DNA from: an uncultured Gemmataceae bacterium
GTDB lineage: Bacteria; Planctomycetota; Planctomycetia; Gemmatales; Gemmataceae
Direction: 5' to 3'
DNA: 64,000 nt
Assembly: GCA_963750165.1 (NCBI GenBank)
Contig: CAVVPN010000001.1
Location: 439,963-503,962, forward strand
Shown: positions 23,094 to 32,257 of the stretch, piece by piece
How the letters are laid out: every line of letters begins with the position of its first letter
Position numbering within the stretch: the stretch's first letter is position 1
Notes under the pieces: model-generated
Database searches by the model: none
What the model saw: only the letters and a program-made list of their open reading frames with translations
What the model was told of the DNA's origin: nothing
Translations under genes and position numbers: made by a program

Positions 23094-24044
23094 ATGCACG
23101 AAAATGACGTTTTAACAAAGCTCGACATGCTCAACCAAACAACGGTGGAACTGTATGAGCAAGGTCAAATTCAGCAAGCGTTTGCAATTGCCCGCCAGAA
23201 GTTGCAATTGGCGCAAACGTATTTAGGACCCAACAATCTCCGTACCGTTGCCAGCCTCGACAACCTTGGGGAAATGCTACAGTCCATGGGCGAACTGGCG
23301 GAAGCGCGGACCTACTTCGAGCGGTCCTTGGCCATCACGGAAATGGTGCTTGGCCCCGAGCATCCCCACACCGCCGTCAGGCTTAACAACCTAGGTAATT
23401 TACTGCATGAAATGGACGAATTGGCGGGAGCGCTGCCCTGCCACGAGCGCGCCTTGACGATCTTGGAGAAGGTGCATGGCCCAGAGCATCCCGATACTGC
23501 CACCAGCCTCAACAGCCTGGGTTTATTGCTGCGAAACATGGGTGACTTGGTGGGAGCGCAGGCCCACCTCGAACGTGCCCTGGCCATCAGGGAGAAGGTG
23601 CTGGGCCCTGAACATCCCAGAACCGCCACCAGTTTCAACAGCCTGGGTGAATTGTTACGTGACATGGGCGACCTTGCGGGAGCGCAGGCCTACCTCGAAC
23701 GTGCCCTGGCCATCAGGGAGAAGGTGCTGGGCCCCGAGCATTTCGAGACCGCCATCAGCCTCAACAACCTAGGCGCCCTGCTGCAGGCCATGGGCGACCT
23801 GCCAGGAGCGCGGGTCCACCTTGAGGTGGCGTTGACGATCAGGGAGGAGATGCTGGGTCCCGAGCATCCCTCCACCGCGGCCACCTTGAACAACCTGGGT
23901 GAACTATTAAATGACATGGACGACCTGGCGGGAGCGCGGCTCTACTACGAGCGTGCCTTGATTATTTGTGAGAAAGTGCTGGGCCCTGAGCATTCAGATA
24001 ACGCCACCTGTCTCAGCAATCTGGGCGGCCTTATGGGAGGCTGA
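23094..24044 (+). CDS. Tetratricopeptide repeat protein (42-aa repeats), possibly 3'-truncated
   Basis: Repeated ALAIREKVLGPEHPxTAxSLNNLG; ends mid-repeat. Confidence 0.9.
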   Translation: MHENDVLTKLDMLNQTTVELYEQGQIQQAFAIARQKLQLAQTYLGPNNLRTVASLDNLGEMLQSMGELAEARTYFERSLAITEMVLGPEHPHTAVRLNNLGNLLHEMDELAGALPCHERALTILEKVHGPEHPDTATSLNSLGLLLRNMGDLVGAQAHLERALAIREKVLGPEHPRTATSFNSLGELLRDMGDLAGAQAYLERALAIREKVLGPEHFETAISLNNLGALLQAMGDLPGARVHLEVALTIREEMLGPEHPSTAATLNNLGELLNDMDDLAGARLYYERALIICEKVLGPEHSDNATCLSNLGGLMGG

Positions 24045-24239
24045 ATTTGCGGGGCTTCGATTTGCGACACTAGCGATCCGGTAGTCGCCACTTGGGGATA
24101 ATTTGGGGATAATGTTGATCAACGCGAACACAACGCCGCCCCTGTGTTTCGCCGGCAGGAATCTTCACAACCACCTGAAATTACAAGAGTTTGAAGTGCG
24201 AATGCAACATGCCTGCGATGTGCCGAAAGGCACTGTTAC

Positions 24240-24287
<48 letters not shown>

Positions 24288-24295
24288 TAGTAAGT

Positions 24296-24332
24296 GCAAG
24301 AGCCGCAAGTAGTTGCGGCTCTTGCCGTTTTT
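24296..24332 (+). terminator. Intrinsic terminator after tRNA fragment
   Basis: 13-bp stem GCAAGAGCCGCAA/TTGCGGCTCTTGC followed by T-tract. Confidence 0.8.
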
Positions 24333-24486
24333 ACACTTCGTCGCAACCGAGTGGATTTCACAGGATTTCACAGAAACGGGGCGAAACAGGCCAACTCTCG
24401 TACTGCGTGCGAGGGGGACTTCAGGCCCGTTGTCGGGCAACTGGCGGTCGCTGACCTTGACGCACCGGCACCCCAGCAGCGCAACG

Positions 24487-24512
24487 AAAAGGCCACCGTT
24501 CGGTGGCCTTTT
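24487..24512. terminator. Bidirectional terminator downstream of integrase
   Basis: AAAAGGCCACC-GTTC-GGTGGCCTTTT. Confidence 0.75.
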
Positions 24513-24535
24513 GCACGCCCTTCTTCAGCCACGGC

Positions 24536-25942
24536 TTACCCGGTGTTCGACTCCCGCATCGCCTCGGTCGCCTGCGCCGTTTCCAGCTTGGTGACGAGCC
24601 TCCGGGCCAGTGACCAGTCTTTCGCCGCCGTCGCCGCAAGCAACTGCTGCTCCAGGCGGTCGGTGGCCGACTCGACGTAGCCGTACCGCCGAGCCACGTC
24701 GAGGAGCAGGCTCGCCACGATCCGCCAGAAGGTTCGGTTGCTCCGGTGCCGCAGTTCCTCGTCCTCCTCCGTGACGTAGGAAGTCATCATCACCGCCTCG
24801 CCAACCCTGGCATCCTCGGCCACTCGCCGGTTGATGTCCTCGCCCCGGCGTGCCTGCTGCAACATCGTCTTGCGGAAGTGGTGGACGTAGGGCCGCCCGT
24901 TCGGGCTGCCCTCGGACCACTCCTTCACCCTGCGGTAGAACCAGTCGGCGAAGTTCTCCGGGTCGAACTCCCGGCGAATCTTCTTGAGCGTCCCCGCTCG
25001 GTCCTGGTGTACACGCTGAATCTGGTCACTGTAGGCGGCGAAGACGAACGGGCTGTCGGTCCTTGCGGCCAGAAGTTCTCGATGCACGCTATCCGGGACG
25101 CGGAACCAGCGCTTCACCCCATTCTTGCCGACGATCTCGAAGTGGACCTCCCGCCCGACGATGCGCTGGGCTTCCCACGTCAGGCTCGCAATCTCGCTCT
25201 TGCGGCAGCCTGACCATAGGAAGACCTTCGCCGCCAAGGGGCCGACGCCGACGCCCGACCAGGACGTTTGCAAGTGGTCCAGAAGGGACAGCAGTTCCTC
25301 GCCCGTGAACCGGCGCTTGGGCTTTTGCAGGCCGTCGATCCAGGTGAACTGGCTCCACGGGTTCGACGTGAGCAGCTTCTTCTCCCCGACGACGCCCCGG
25401 ACGCATTTCCTCCCTGCGTTGCGGTTGGCCCGCTCGAACGCCGCCAGCAGCGACCGGCTCCACTTCAGCACGGTGTTCGGACTCAGGCACTCGGTCGTTT
25501 CCTGCTTCCGGGGGTAATCCCGCCGCCAGTTCTTTTTCAACCGCAGCGCCTCCCGTTGGAACCGCTCACACTCGTCTGGCGTGGCGAGGGTGACGGGCTT
25601 CAGCCCGGTGATCTGCCGGAAGGCGGCGATGGCGTCCAGGCAGTCCTCCAGCGTCTTTTCCGCCCGCCTCCGGGCCGAGGGGTCGGTCTTCTTCTGGTAG
25701 TGCCGGCGCTGGATTTCCTCGAAGTCCTCGTCCGACAGCACCGTCTCTCCCAGGTCGGGCCGCTTGCCCCCGTTCCTGAGCATGTTCTCCACCACACGAA
25801 CGGCGTCGTCCCGGTCTGCCGTGCCGGTGCTTTTGCTCGTGACCAGGCCAGGCCAGAAGGCGTACCAGGAGGCACGAGTTCCGGTTGGCGGGTGGAGGGT
25901 GACCGAAACGGGCGTGCCGTCCACCAGCACGGTTATCTTCAC
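24536..25942 (-). CDS. Tyrosine recombinase/integrase
   Basis: WSGCRKSEI (Arg), GKNG (Lys), HHFRKT (HxxR), MMTSY (Tyr); N-terminal arm-binding-like KSTGTADRDDA. Confidence 0.88.
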   Translation of the reverse strand: MKITVLVDGTPVSVTLHPPTGTRASWYAFWPGLVTSKSTGTADRDDAVRVVENMLRNGGKRPDLGETVLSDEDFEEIQRRHYQKKTDPSARRRAEKTLEDCLDAIAAFRQITGLKPVTLATPDECERFQREALRLKKNWRRDYPRKQETTECLSPNTVLKWSRSLLAAFERANRNAGRKCVRGVVGEKKLLTSNPWSQFTWIDGLQKPKRRFTGEELLSLLDHLQTSWSGVGVGPLAAKVFLWSGCRKSEIASLTWEAQRIVGREVHFEIVGKNGVKRWFRVPDSVHRELLAARTDSPFVFAAYSDQIQRVHQDRAGTLKKIRREFDPENFADWFYRRVKEWSEGSPNGRPYVHHFRKTMLQQARRGEDINRRVAEDARVGEAVMMTSYVTEEDEELRHRSNRTFWRIVASLLLDVARRYGYVESATDRLEQQLLAATAAKDWSLARRLVTKLETAQATEAMRESNTG

Positions 25943-26007
25943 CGTTCGCTGCTTCGGTTTGCGGGGCCTGGGTCGTTACTCTTGAAGCCAGGTCGTGTTG
26001 CCGAATT

Positions 26008-26736
26008 CTAGTTGCGGGTCAAGCGCCTCTTCCGTGGCCGTGCCTCGATCCACGGCTCGATCTTCGACCGGAAGAACTTCCAGTACGTCCCGTGGCCGGT
26101 GCCAGGGACGATGCAGTGCGCCGGGATTTCGCCGGCAAGCGCCATCTGTGAAATCCGCTTCACCGTCAGGCCCAACTTTTCGGCGACGTACACCGTGTCC
26201 ACGATGTCGGACGGGGGTGGGTCGAGACGGTCGGCGATCCGGCGAACGTCTGCTGCGACCGACGCCAAGGGAGCGGCCAGAAGCCCGGCGAGTGCCTTTG
26301 CCGTTGCATGGGCCTCGTCGTCCAGTGGGCCGAACCTCGTGAGGAAGTGCTGCGTCACGAGCAATATCGCCCGGTCAATGGCAGCGTGACGGTCGAGTGC
26401 GGAGCGACGAATCTCGGCGGCAATCGCCTGCAATTCTGGCGAACGGTCCAACAGGGCTTGGGCAGTGGCCTCGTGAGGCGGCGACTGCCCGCCGCCCTTG
26501 AACCCGACGATGCCAACGAACTCCAGCACATCGCCAGCAGCCAGAACATGCTGGACGCCAACTGCTTCCCCGTTGACGAACGGCAAGGCGAAGTAGGGAA
26601 TGTTGAAGGCGCTCTTCACCGAGGAGCGGACGCTCTCGACCGTTGCGCCTGCGACCATGAAGAGGTCGTCGTTCGCTCCGTGAATCACCTTCACAGCATC
26701 CAGATCAGTCAGTAGGTGTTGAAGGAGTGGGACCAT
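26008..26736 (-). CDS. Ubiquitin-like domain fused to excisionase-like HTH
   Basis: N-terminal VKVIHGAN...VNGEAVGVQHVLAAGDVLEFVGIVGFKGG; C-terminal DTVYVAEKLGLTVKRISQMALAGEIP...WKFFRSKIEPWIE; GGAGG RBS before ATG 26736; directly upstream of integrase. Confidence 0.7.
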   Translation of the reverse strand: MVPLLQHLLTDLDAVKVIHGANDDLFMVAGATVESVRSSVKSAFNIPYFALPFVNGEAVGVQHVLAAGDVLEFVGIVGFKGGGQSPPHEATAQALLDRSPELQAIAAEIRRSALDRHAAIDRAILLVTQHFLTRFGPLDDEAHATAKALAGLLAAPLASVAADVRRIADRLDPPPSDIVDTVYVAEKLGLTVKRISQMALAGEIPAHCIVPGTGHGTYWKFFRSKIEPWIEARPRKRRLTRN

Positions 26737-27220
26737 TTCCAGACAACCTCCCATCCACGCCGTCCAGCGTGGTGATCGAGATTGCCTGGTCGGTTTCGGG
26801 CCGTCGTCCGTCTGAGGTGGGAAAGCTGAGAGCGATGTGTGAAGCGGCCACAAGAAAACGTCCCGGTGATGAAGATACTACCACGATTTGTGTGAGTTGT
26901 AAATCACGGCAGGCGAGAGGCCCGCTTTTCTCGTCGATCTTGGAACAAGTGCTTGTACTGGTAAGGCGCTTTTGTCGGCTTCGGCTCCTTGGCCGTCGCC
27001 GGCACGAGGTTGTGTTGGCGCACAGCTACTTCGTCCTTTTCTTGAGAACCTGACTCCTGAGCCGTGGTGGGGCTGTCGAGCAGGTGCGGTGGAGAGGGGG
27101 CAGCCTCGACACGCTCTCGTCGTCGATGATTCATTCCAGACCATCGTACCCGTGTTTTTCGAGAACTGTAAGCTGTCAGATGAAGATTCGTTGTCGAGCG
27201 AGGACCGAGAGGGAGCGACC

Positions 27221-27907
27221 GTGGCACGAGAAGAGGAAAAGCTGAAGCTGGGCAAGGGCGCTGCCTTCGTCAAGAGCCGCTTCAAGCGTCTGCGCCAGGA
27301 GGGCGAAACCTGGGAAGCTGACTTCCGGGCCTTGCCCAAGCCGATCACGCAGAGCCAGACGCACTACCTCGGCCTGGTCGTCACCCAGCCAGACGGCCCC
27401 CTCCTGGCCGATTCCCACGTCGAGGGCAGGCCCAGCGTCAACGACCTCGCCATGCTGCTGGCCCACGCCATGCGCCGCCCGCTGACCGGGAAATCACACC
27501 GGCCCCGGCGCATCCACGTCCGGGGGCACCACCAATGGCGAGAGCTATTCCCGCACCTGGCGGAAATCGGCATCGAGGTCGCCGTGCAGAAAGAACTGCC
27601 CCAGGTCCAGGAAGCCTACGAGGCCCACCTGCGGCGGCTGCGAGAGGCCCACCGTGTCGGCATGGTCAAACCCACCAGGGAGCAGGCCGGCGTCGAGAAG
27701 ATGTTCCCGGCCATCGCCATGTGGGTCCGGGCCTACGGCCATGTCGAGATCGGCGATCAGGAGATGTTTGGATTCGTCGTGCGGGCGCTGGACTACGGCG
27801 GCATGATCTTCGAGGACGACAAGCCCGACACGCTGGCCGAGGCGATGGCGGCGCTGGAGAAGGGGTTGACGGAGTATTTCGAGCGTGAAGGAATTGAGAT
27901 CGAGTAG
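27221..27907 (+). CDS. Hypothetical protein (DUF6930-like)
   Basis: GTG start with GAGGGAG RBS; ETWEADFR...LAHAMRRP...RPRRIHVR; typical codon usage. Confidence 0.7.
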   Translation: MAREEEKLKLGKGAAFVKSRFKRLRQEGETWEADFRALPKPITQSQTHYLGLVVTQPDGPLLADSHVEGRPSVNDLAMLLAHAMRRPLTGKSHRPRRIHVRGHHQWRELFPHLAEIGIEVAVQKELPQVQEAYEAHLRRLREAHRVGMVKPTREQAGVEKMFPAIAMWVRAYGHVEIGDQEMFGFVVRALDYGGMIFEDDKPDTLAEAMAALEKGLTEYFEREGIEIE

Positions 27908-27934
27908 TCGCTGGGGAGCGGCATTTTCTAACGA

Positions 27935-28552
27935 CTACCGGCCTGGACCATCCTTTAGCCGCTTCAGCCTGGCATGTACGCCGTCCCACAAGTCCCGACG
28001 TGCCTCCAGGGCCGTCACTGCCGCCTCTTCTGCTTCCTGCCAACGAGCCTCGTCGTTACCACACAAGGACATGACGAGCCTGACCGCCATCGGGCCATGC
28101 TCGCCCTCGTCCAGCCCGATGTGACGGCGCAGATAGTAACGGACGCCGGCCAGCGGGTCATGATGTGTCAGGCGGGCCTCGGCCATGGCACAACAGGCAA
28201 GGTCTTCGTCGGTGATGGCGGCAAGCACCGACAGGGGCCATGATCGGTGCGCCGGGTTGCAACCCGCCGTCTTGCCGCCGAACTCTCGGTGGACCTGCGC
28301 CGTGGCTTCCGGGGCCGGCACACCAGCCGCTACGAGGGCGAGCGCCCGTGCGCTGACCGGGCCGGTGTCGAACGCCCCCTCCCGCCACCAGTGCAGGTAG
28401 CGCTCCAGGATGTTCGCCGGGGCGAAGTAGCCGCAATCGAGCAGGCTCTCGGCCAGCCGCACGGCCATGCGAATCGGCCCGCCGTTCCGGTCGCCGGCAG
28501 CCAGCCCGACCAGCACTCCTTGACACCGATCTGCTGCGGCCGCCTCGGTCAT
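27935..28552 (-). pseudogene. Chimera: ADP-ribosylglycohydrolase N-terminus joined to a DUF3050-like C-terminus
   Basis: DRCQGVLVGLAAGD...EARLTHHDPLAG switches at ~28145 to YYLRRHIGLDEGEHGPMA...ARRDLWDGV. Confidence 0.7.
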
Positions 28553-28588
28553 CGCCCCTGCTCCCGGCCCACTCGAAACCCTGTTCCC

Positions 28589-29500
28589 TTACGCTTCGGC
28601 AGGCCAGTGGTCCCGCAGAGCCTTGTAGAAATCGTCCACGTCGGCGTGTTCAGGCAGCCCGGCGACCTGGGCATCGCCGAGTTCCACAATCAGCCAGTCC
28701 CCACCCCGTCGCTGTGCCACGTCCATCGTGAAGAAGCGACTCCGCACGCCCTCGGCCAGTGTTGCGAACCGCTCCACGGGCGGCACCGAACCCTGGTAGT
28801 TCGCCCCCTCCCAATACGGCGTCCAGAAGACCAACTGGCCGTCGAGGAAGAACAGCCGGAACTCCTTGGTCAGCGGCATCCCGCTCTTGGGGTGCCGCCC
28901 CAGGGGCTCGAACTCGATGAATTCCCGGAAGACCAGCCCTTCGCTGAGGTCGTCGCCCTGTAGCTCCAGAAAGCGGCGCACAACTCGCTCCACCGAAGCA
29001 CGGTCGGACGCAGACGGGATGAAGCACGCCTCGGCCCACTCGTGCTTCCTCGACTTGACGAAATCCTTCACCACGACCGGGGCTGACCCGAACGGGCGCA
29101 ATAGCTCCATGATCTCGTCCGTCGAAACGTCGCCTGTTGTCTTGATCCAGACCGACCGGGGCGTGTGCGGCTCGATGACCGAGTACGATTCGGGTAGGTA
29201 ATGGCAGTGCCGATAGGCAGTGGGGTGGTTGAGGAGCCGCAACCCTTTGGCTGCCAACGCCTCGTACATGAGCCGATATTGCTCCGGTGTCAGCGTCCAG
29301 CCCCGATAGACGCCGAGGCCGGGGTCGGGTTGCGGCAGCACCCGGCGCACCGCCTTCGCCGGGTCGTTGTCATGGGCCAGCGCATCGTGATCGACCAAGG
29401 TGAACGGAATACCCAGGCGTTCGGCAGCAGCGGCCTCGGCCTGGTACGCCTCGTCGGGCTGCCGGGGATTCAACGGGTCGGAACAGAACACGGGCTTCAT
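28589..29500 (-). CDS. ATP-grasp domain protein (R2K-like)
   Basis: YRGWTL, VKDFVKSRKHEW, EFRLFFLDG, FFTMDVA, WLIVELGDAQVAG. Confidence 0.85.
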   Translation of the reverse strand: MKPVFCSDPLNPRQPDEAYQAEAAAAERLGIPFTLVDHDALAHDNDPAKAVRRVLPQPDPGLGVYRGWTLTPEQYRLMYEALAAKGLRLLNHPTAYRHCHYLPESYSVIEPHTPRSVWIKTTGDVSTDEIMELLRPFGSAPVVVKDFVKSRKHEWAEACFIPSASDRASVERVVRRFLELQGDDLSEGLVFREFIEFEPLGRHPKSGMPLTKEFRLFFLDGQLVFWTPYWEGANYQGSVPPVERFATLAEGVRSRFFTMDVAQRRGGDWLIVELGDAQVAGLPEHADVDDFYKALRDHWPAEA

Positions 29501-29661
29501 GGTACACAGCACGCTTCATAGATTGCGGACATGGCGGACGATCCGCTCGTCCACCCGATAGCCAACCGCCTCCCAAAAGTTCATGTAGACAAAGGAAAAG
29601 CGACAGGCTGCAACGCCATCGTAGACCCACATCAGAATACTATTCACTGGCGGTCAACAAC

Positions 29662-29692
29662 GACGCCCCCGGACTCTTCATCCGGGGGCGTC
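29662..29692. terminator. GC-rich hairpin, probable terminator for minus-strand transcript
   Basis: GACGCCCCCGGA-N7-TCCGGGGGCGTC, followed by GTTGTT on the minus strand. Confidence 0.6.
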
Positions 29693-29703
29693 TGCATGAA
29701 TAG

Positions 29704-29874
29704 CACGGCTGGCAGGCGGCAAAGCGAATCAGGAAGAGAGGAGTCTTGCACCTTGCGGTCTGCTTCTTGAACCAATGAACTGTGCGCCTTGACGCTCAGG
29801 ATCGGCAAGAAGGTTCACCTTACAAGGGTGGATTGGGGTTCCTCCCTCTTCACCTTACCAACGAGCCAGCCGTG
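29704..29874 (-). ncRNA. Candidate structured ncRNA downstream of DIP1984-like gene
   Basis: Nested long-range stems plus five YAAGR-core repeats; bounded by a stop codon and a hairpin. Confidence 0.55.
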
Positions 29875-29878
29875 TGGC

Positions 29879-30352
29879 TCAAGAGGCCAGTTCCAGGATG
29901 CGACCGTCAACCTCGATCTTGTGGACGTGGTTGAACTGGTCCAGCTTGTCCTGCAACTGGTCGATCTCGTTTTCCAGGCGGACCACCAGGGCGTCCACGT
30001 CGGCCTTCTTCAAGGCGGCGACGTAGGTGACTTCCGTGGTGGACGGGTAGACGGCGGGCTGAGGGCCGTGCCGGGTGTTGACACCGGCAAGGAACTGCGC
30101 CGTGGCCTTCTTCTCGGCGAGGTCGTAGATGTCCCGCTGCGCTTCCCGGTTGGCGTCGTTGATGGCCGTCTTGAGGCTCACCAGCGCCCCGACCAGTTCC
30201 TCACGAGTCTTCATCAGGGCCGGGACGTTGACCTGATCGGCCTGGCCTTCGGGCACGCTGTTGTACGCCAGGATGTCGGCCTGGACCTTCGCCAGCCGAC
30301 CCGTCAGCCGGTTCTTGATCTTGAGTGCCTTGCCGAGCGTGATTTCTGCCAT
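29879..30352 (-). CDS. DIP1984/DUF6847-like coiled-coil protein
   Basis: ITLGKALKIKNRL...LKTAINDAN...EIDQLQDKLDQFNH; GGAGG RBS. Confidence 0.75.
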   Translation of the reverse strand: MAEITLGKALKIKNRLTGRLAKVQADILAYNSVPEGQADQVNVPALMKTREELVGALVSLKTAINDANREAQRDIYDLAEKKATAQFLAGVNTRHGPQPAVYPSTTEVTYVAALKKADVDALVVRLENEIDQLQDKLDQFNHVHKIEVDGRILELAS

Positions 30353-30506
30353 CGGTGCCTCCTCTCTGCTCAATGCAACACCTTCACAGACGCCCGGCGC
30401 ATCGAGCAGGTTCGCAGGGGACTTCGGGCACAGGCACGGCGACCCACCGCCACGTCTCGGCTAGAATGACGCCCGAAGGCGCTCAACACATGACGAGGAC
30501 CGGCCC

Positions 30507-31244
30507 ATGCCTGAAACTGCCGTCGAAATCCGTGCTGCCGTCGAGCAACGGTTCGCTGCCGTCGCCACCTCTCCCGGCCAGGAGAAGAAGTTTCCGGTCG
30601 GCCCCGGCAGCGCCAAAAAGCTGGACTTCGACCCCATGGAGATCGACGCCCTGCCGGCCTCCGTGACCGATTCCTTCTGCGGCGTCGGCAACCCGCTCGG
30701 CCTGGGCGAAGCCCTGCCAGGGCAGACCGTCCTCGACCTGGGCAGCGGGGCGGGCCTGGACAGCTTGCTCGCCGCCGAAAGGGTTGGGCCGAGCGGCAAG
30801 GTTATCGGCGTCGATCTGTGCCCGGAGATGGTCGAGAAGGCCAGCCGCAACGCCTTGTTCATGGGTCTACACAACGCCGAGTTCGTGAATGCCGGGATCG
30901 AGAAGCTGCCGCTGCCGAACGGGGCGGTGGACGTGGTGACCTCCAACGGTGTCTTCAACCTCTGCCCGGACAAGCCGGGCGTGCTGGCCGAAGCCTTCCG
31001 GGTGCTGCGGCCCGGCGCACGGCTCCAGATGGCCGACATCCTGCTGCACGACGACGTGAGGCCGGAGGAAGTGGCGCAGAGAGGCGAGTGGTCCGACTGA
31101 ATCGCCGGGGCCGTGTGGGGGCGGTCGCTCCTGCAAATGCTGGGCGAGGCCGGGTTTGCCGAGGGCCGCATCCACGGCTGGACCGGCTACCACTCGTCGT
31201 CCTGCACCGAGGGAGCGCTCATCACGGCCCGGAAACCGGCGTGA
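30507..31244 (+). CDS. Arsenite methyltransferase-like protein, probable selenoprotein (UGA 31098-31100)
   Basis: SFCGVGNP, VLDLGSGAG, SNGVFNL; WSD-UGA-IAGA aligns with the ArsM WxxCIAGA motif; frame stays open 47 more codons. Confidence 0.8.
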
Positions 31245-31269
31245 GCGAAGCGGGAAAAAGGGGAGTATC

Positions 31270-31360
31270 ATGCAACTCAAGACCGTGAAAATCGAGAAGC
31301 CCGACGACGCCAACATCATCCTCGACCAGACGCACTTTATAAAGTCGGTCGAGGACATCA
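31270..31360 (+). pseudogene. N-terminal stub of adenosine-specific kinase (DUF355) family gene
   Basis: MQLKTVKIEKPDDANIILDQTHFIKSVEDI, then abrupt junction with the opposing gene. Confidence 0.7.
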
Positions 31361-32089
31361 CCCCATCTGTTCGCTGCGGAAGATGCGTTCCGACTCCTTG
31401 ATCGTCAACAACCCCCGAATGCCCCAGCGCTTGAGGACGTGCCAGATGGCCGACAACTGACCGAGGATGCCCAGCCGTTTTTTGAACTCCTTCGTCCACT
31501 TCGGAATCAGGTTGGACTTGTCTACGGCCACGACATCGACCAGGCCCACTCGCTGCGCCAGATGCTTCCAGCCATCCATCGTCTCTGGATACTCTTCCTC
31601 GATCTCGGCAAGGCGGCGTTTCAGCGGCTCCGGGGCGGTGTCCTTCCAGCACAGGTCATGGAAGCCGACGTATCCGCCCGACTTAACCACCCGCACCATC
31701 TCTTTTAGCGCCGTCTCCTTGTCCAGTAGGCAGATCGTGCATTCGGAGATCGCCACGTCGAACGTGTCGGCGTCGAAGGGCAGGTGGTGAGCATCCCCTT
31801 GCTGGAATACCACCTGGAGATGTCTTTCCTCGGCCTTTTGCTGCGCCCGCCGCACCATCGCCTCTGAGGAATCCACGCCGACTCCCTGGCAATGAAACGT
31901 CTCAACCAGGAAGCAGAGGGGTTCTCCGGTGCCCGATGCCACGTCCAGAACTCGTGACGTACTTCCAACATGGCAGAGTTCGGCCAGTTCTCTGGTAGTG
32001 TTCAGACCGCCAGGGTGCAGGACTTCCTCGCCCAAATCGAGCGTTTCGATCAGGTTCTCCAGCGACGGGGCGTTCCTGTCTGGCGTCAT
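31358..32089 (-). CDS. Class I SAM-dependent methyltransferase (3' end probably clipped)
   Basis: LHPGG, VLDVASGTG, GDAHHLPF, VVKSGG. Confidence 0.88.
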   Translation of the reverse strand: MTPDRNAPSLENLIETLDLGEEVLHPGGLNTTRELAELCHVGSTSRVLDVASGTGEPLCFLVETFHCQGVGVDSSEAMVRRAQQKAEERHLQVVFQQGDAHHLPFDADTFDVAISECTICLLDKETALKEMVRVVKSGGYVGFHDLCWKDTAPEPLKRRLAEIEEEYPETMDGWKHLAQRVGLVDVVAVDKSNLIPKWTKEFKKRLGILGQLSAIWHVLKRWGIRGLLTIKESERIFRSEQMG

Positions 32090-32257
32090 GAATCCTGTCC
32101 TTGGCGATGGCACGGTGAATCAGCGTGCGCTCCCAGCCTGGATCGAGTGCTGTCCCGCCGATAAAATGACCGCTGTTTCACCGGCAGGTCGTGGAGCGCC
32201 GCTGCTTTTACCCTACACGCTGATTGGCGATCTGGCGAACGTGGTCGAGCGCCGGCG

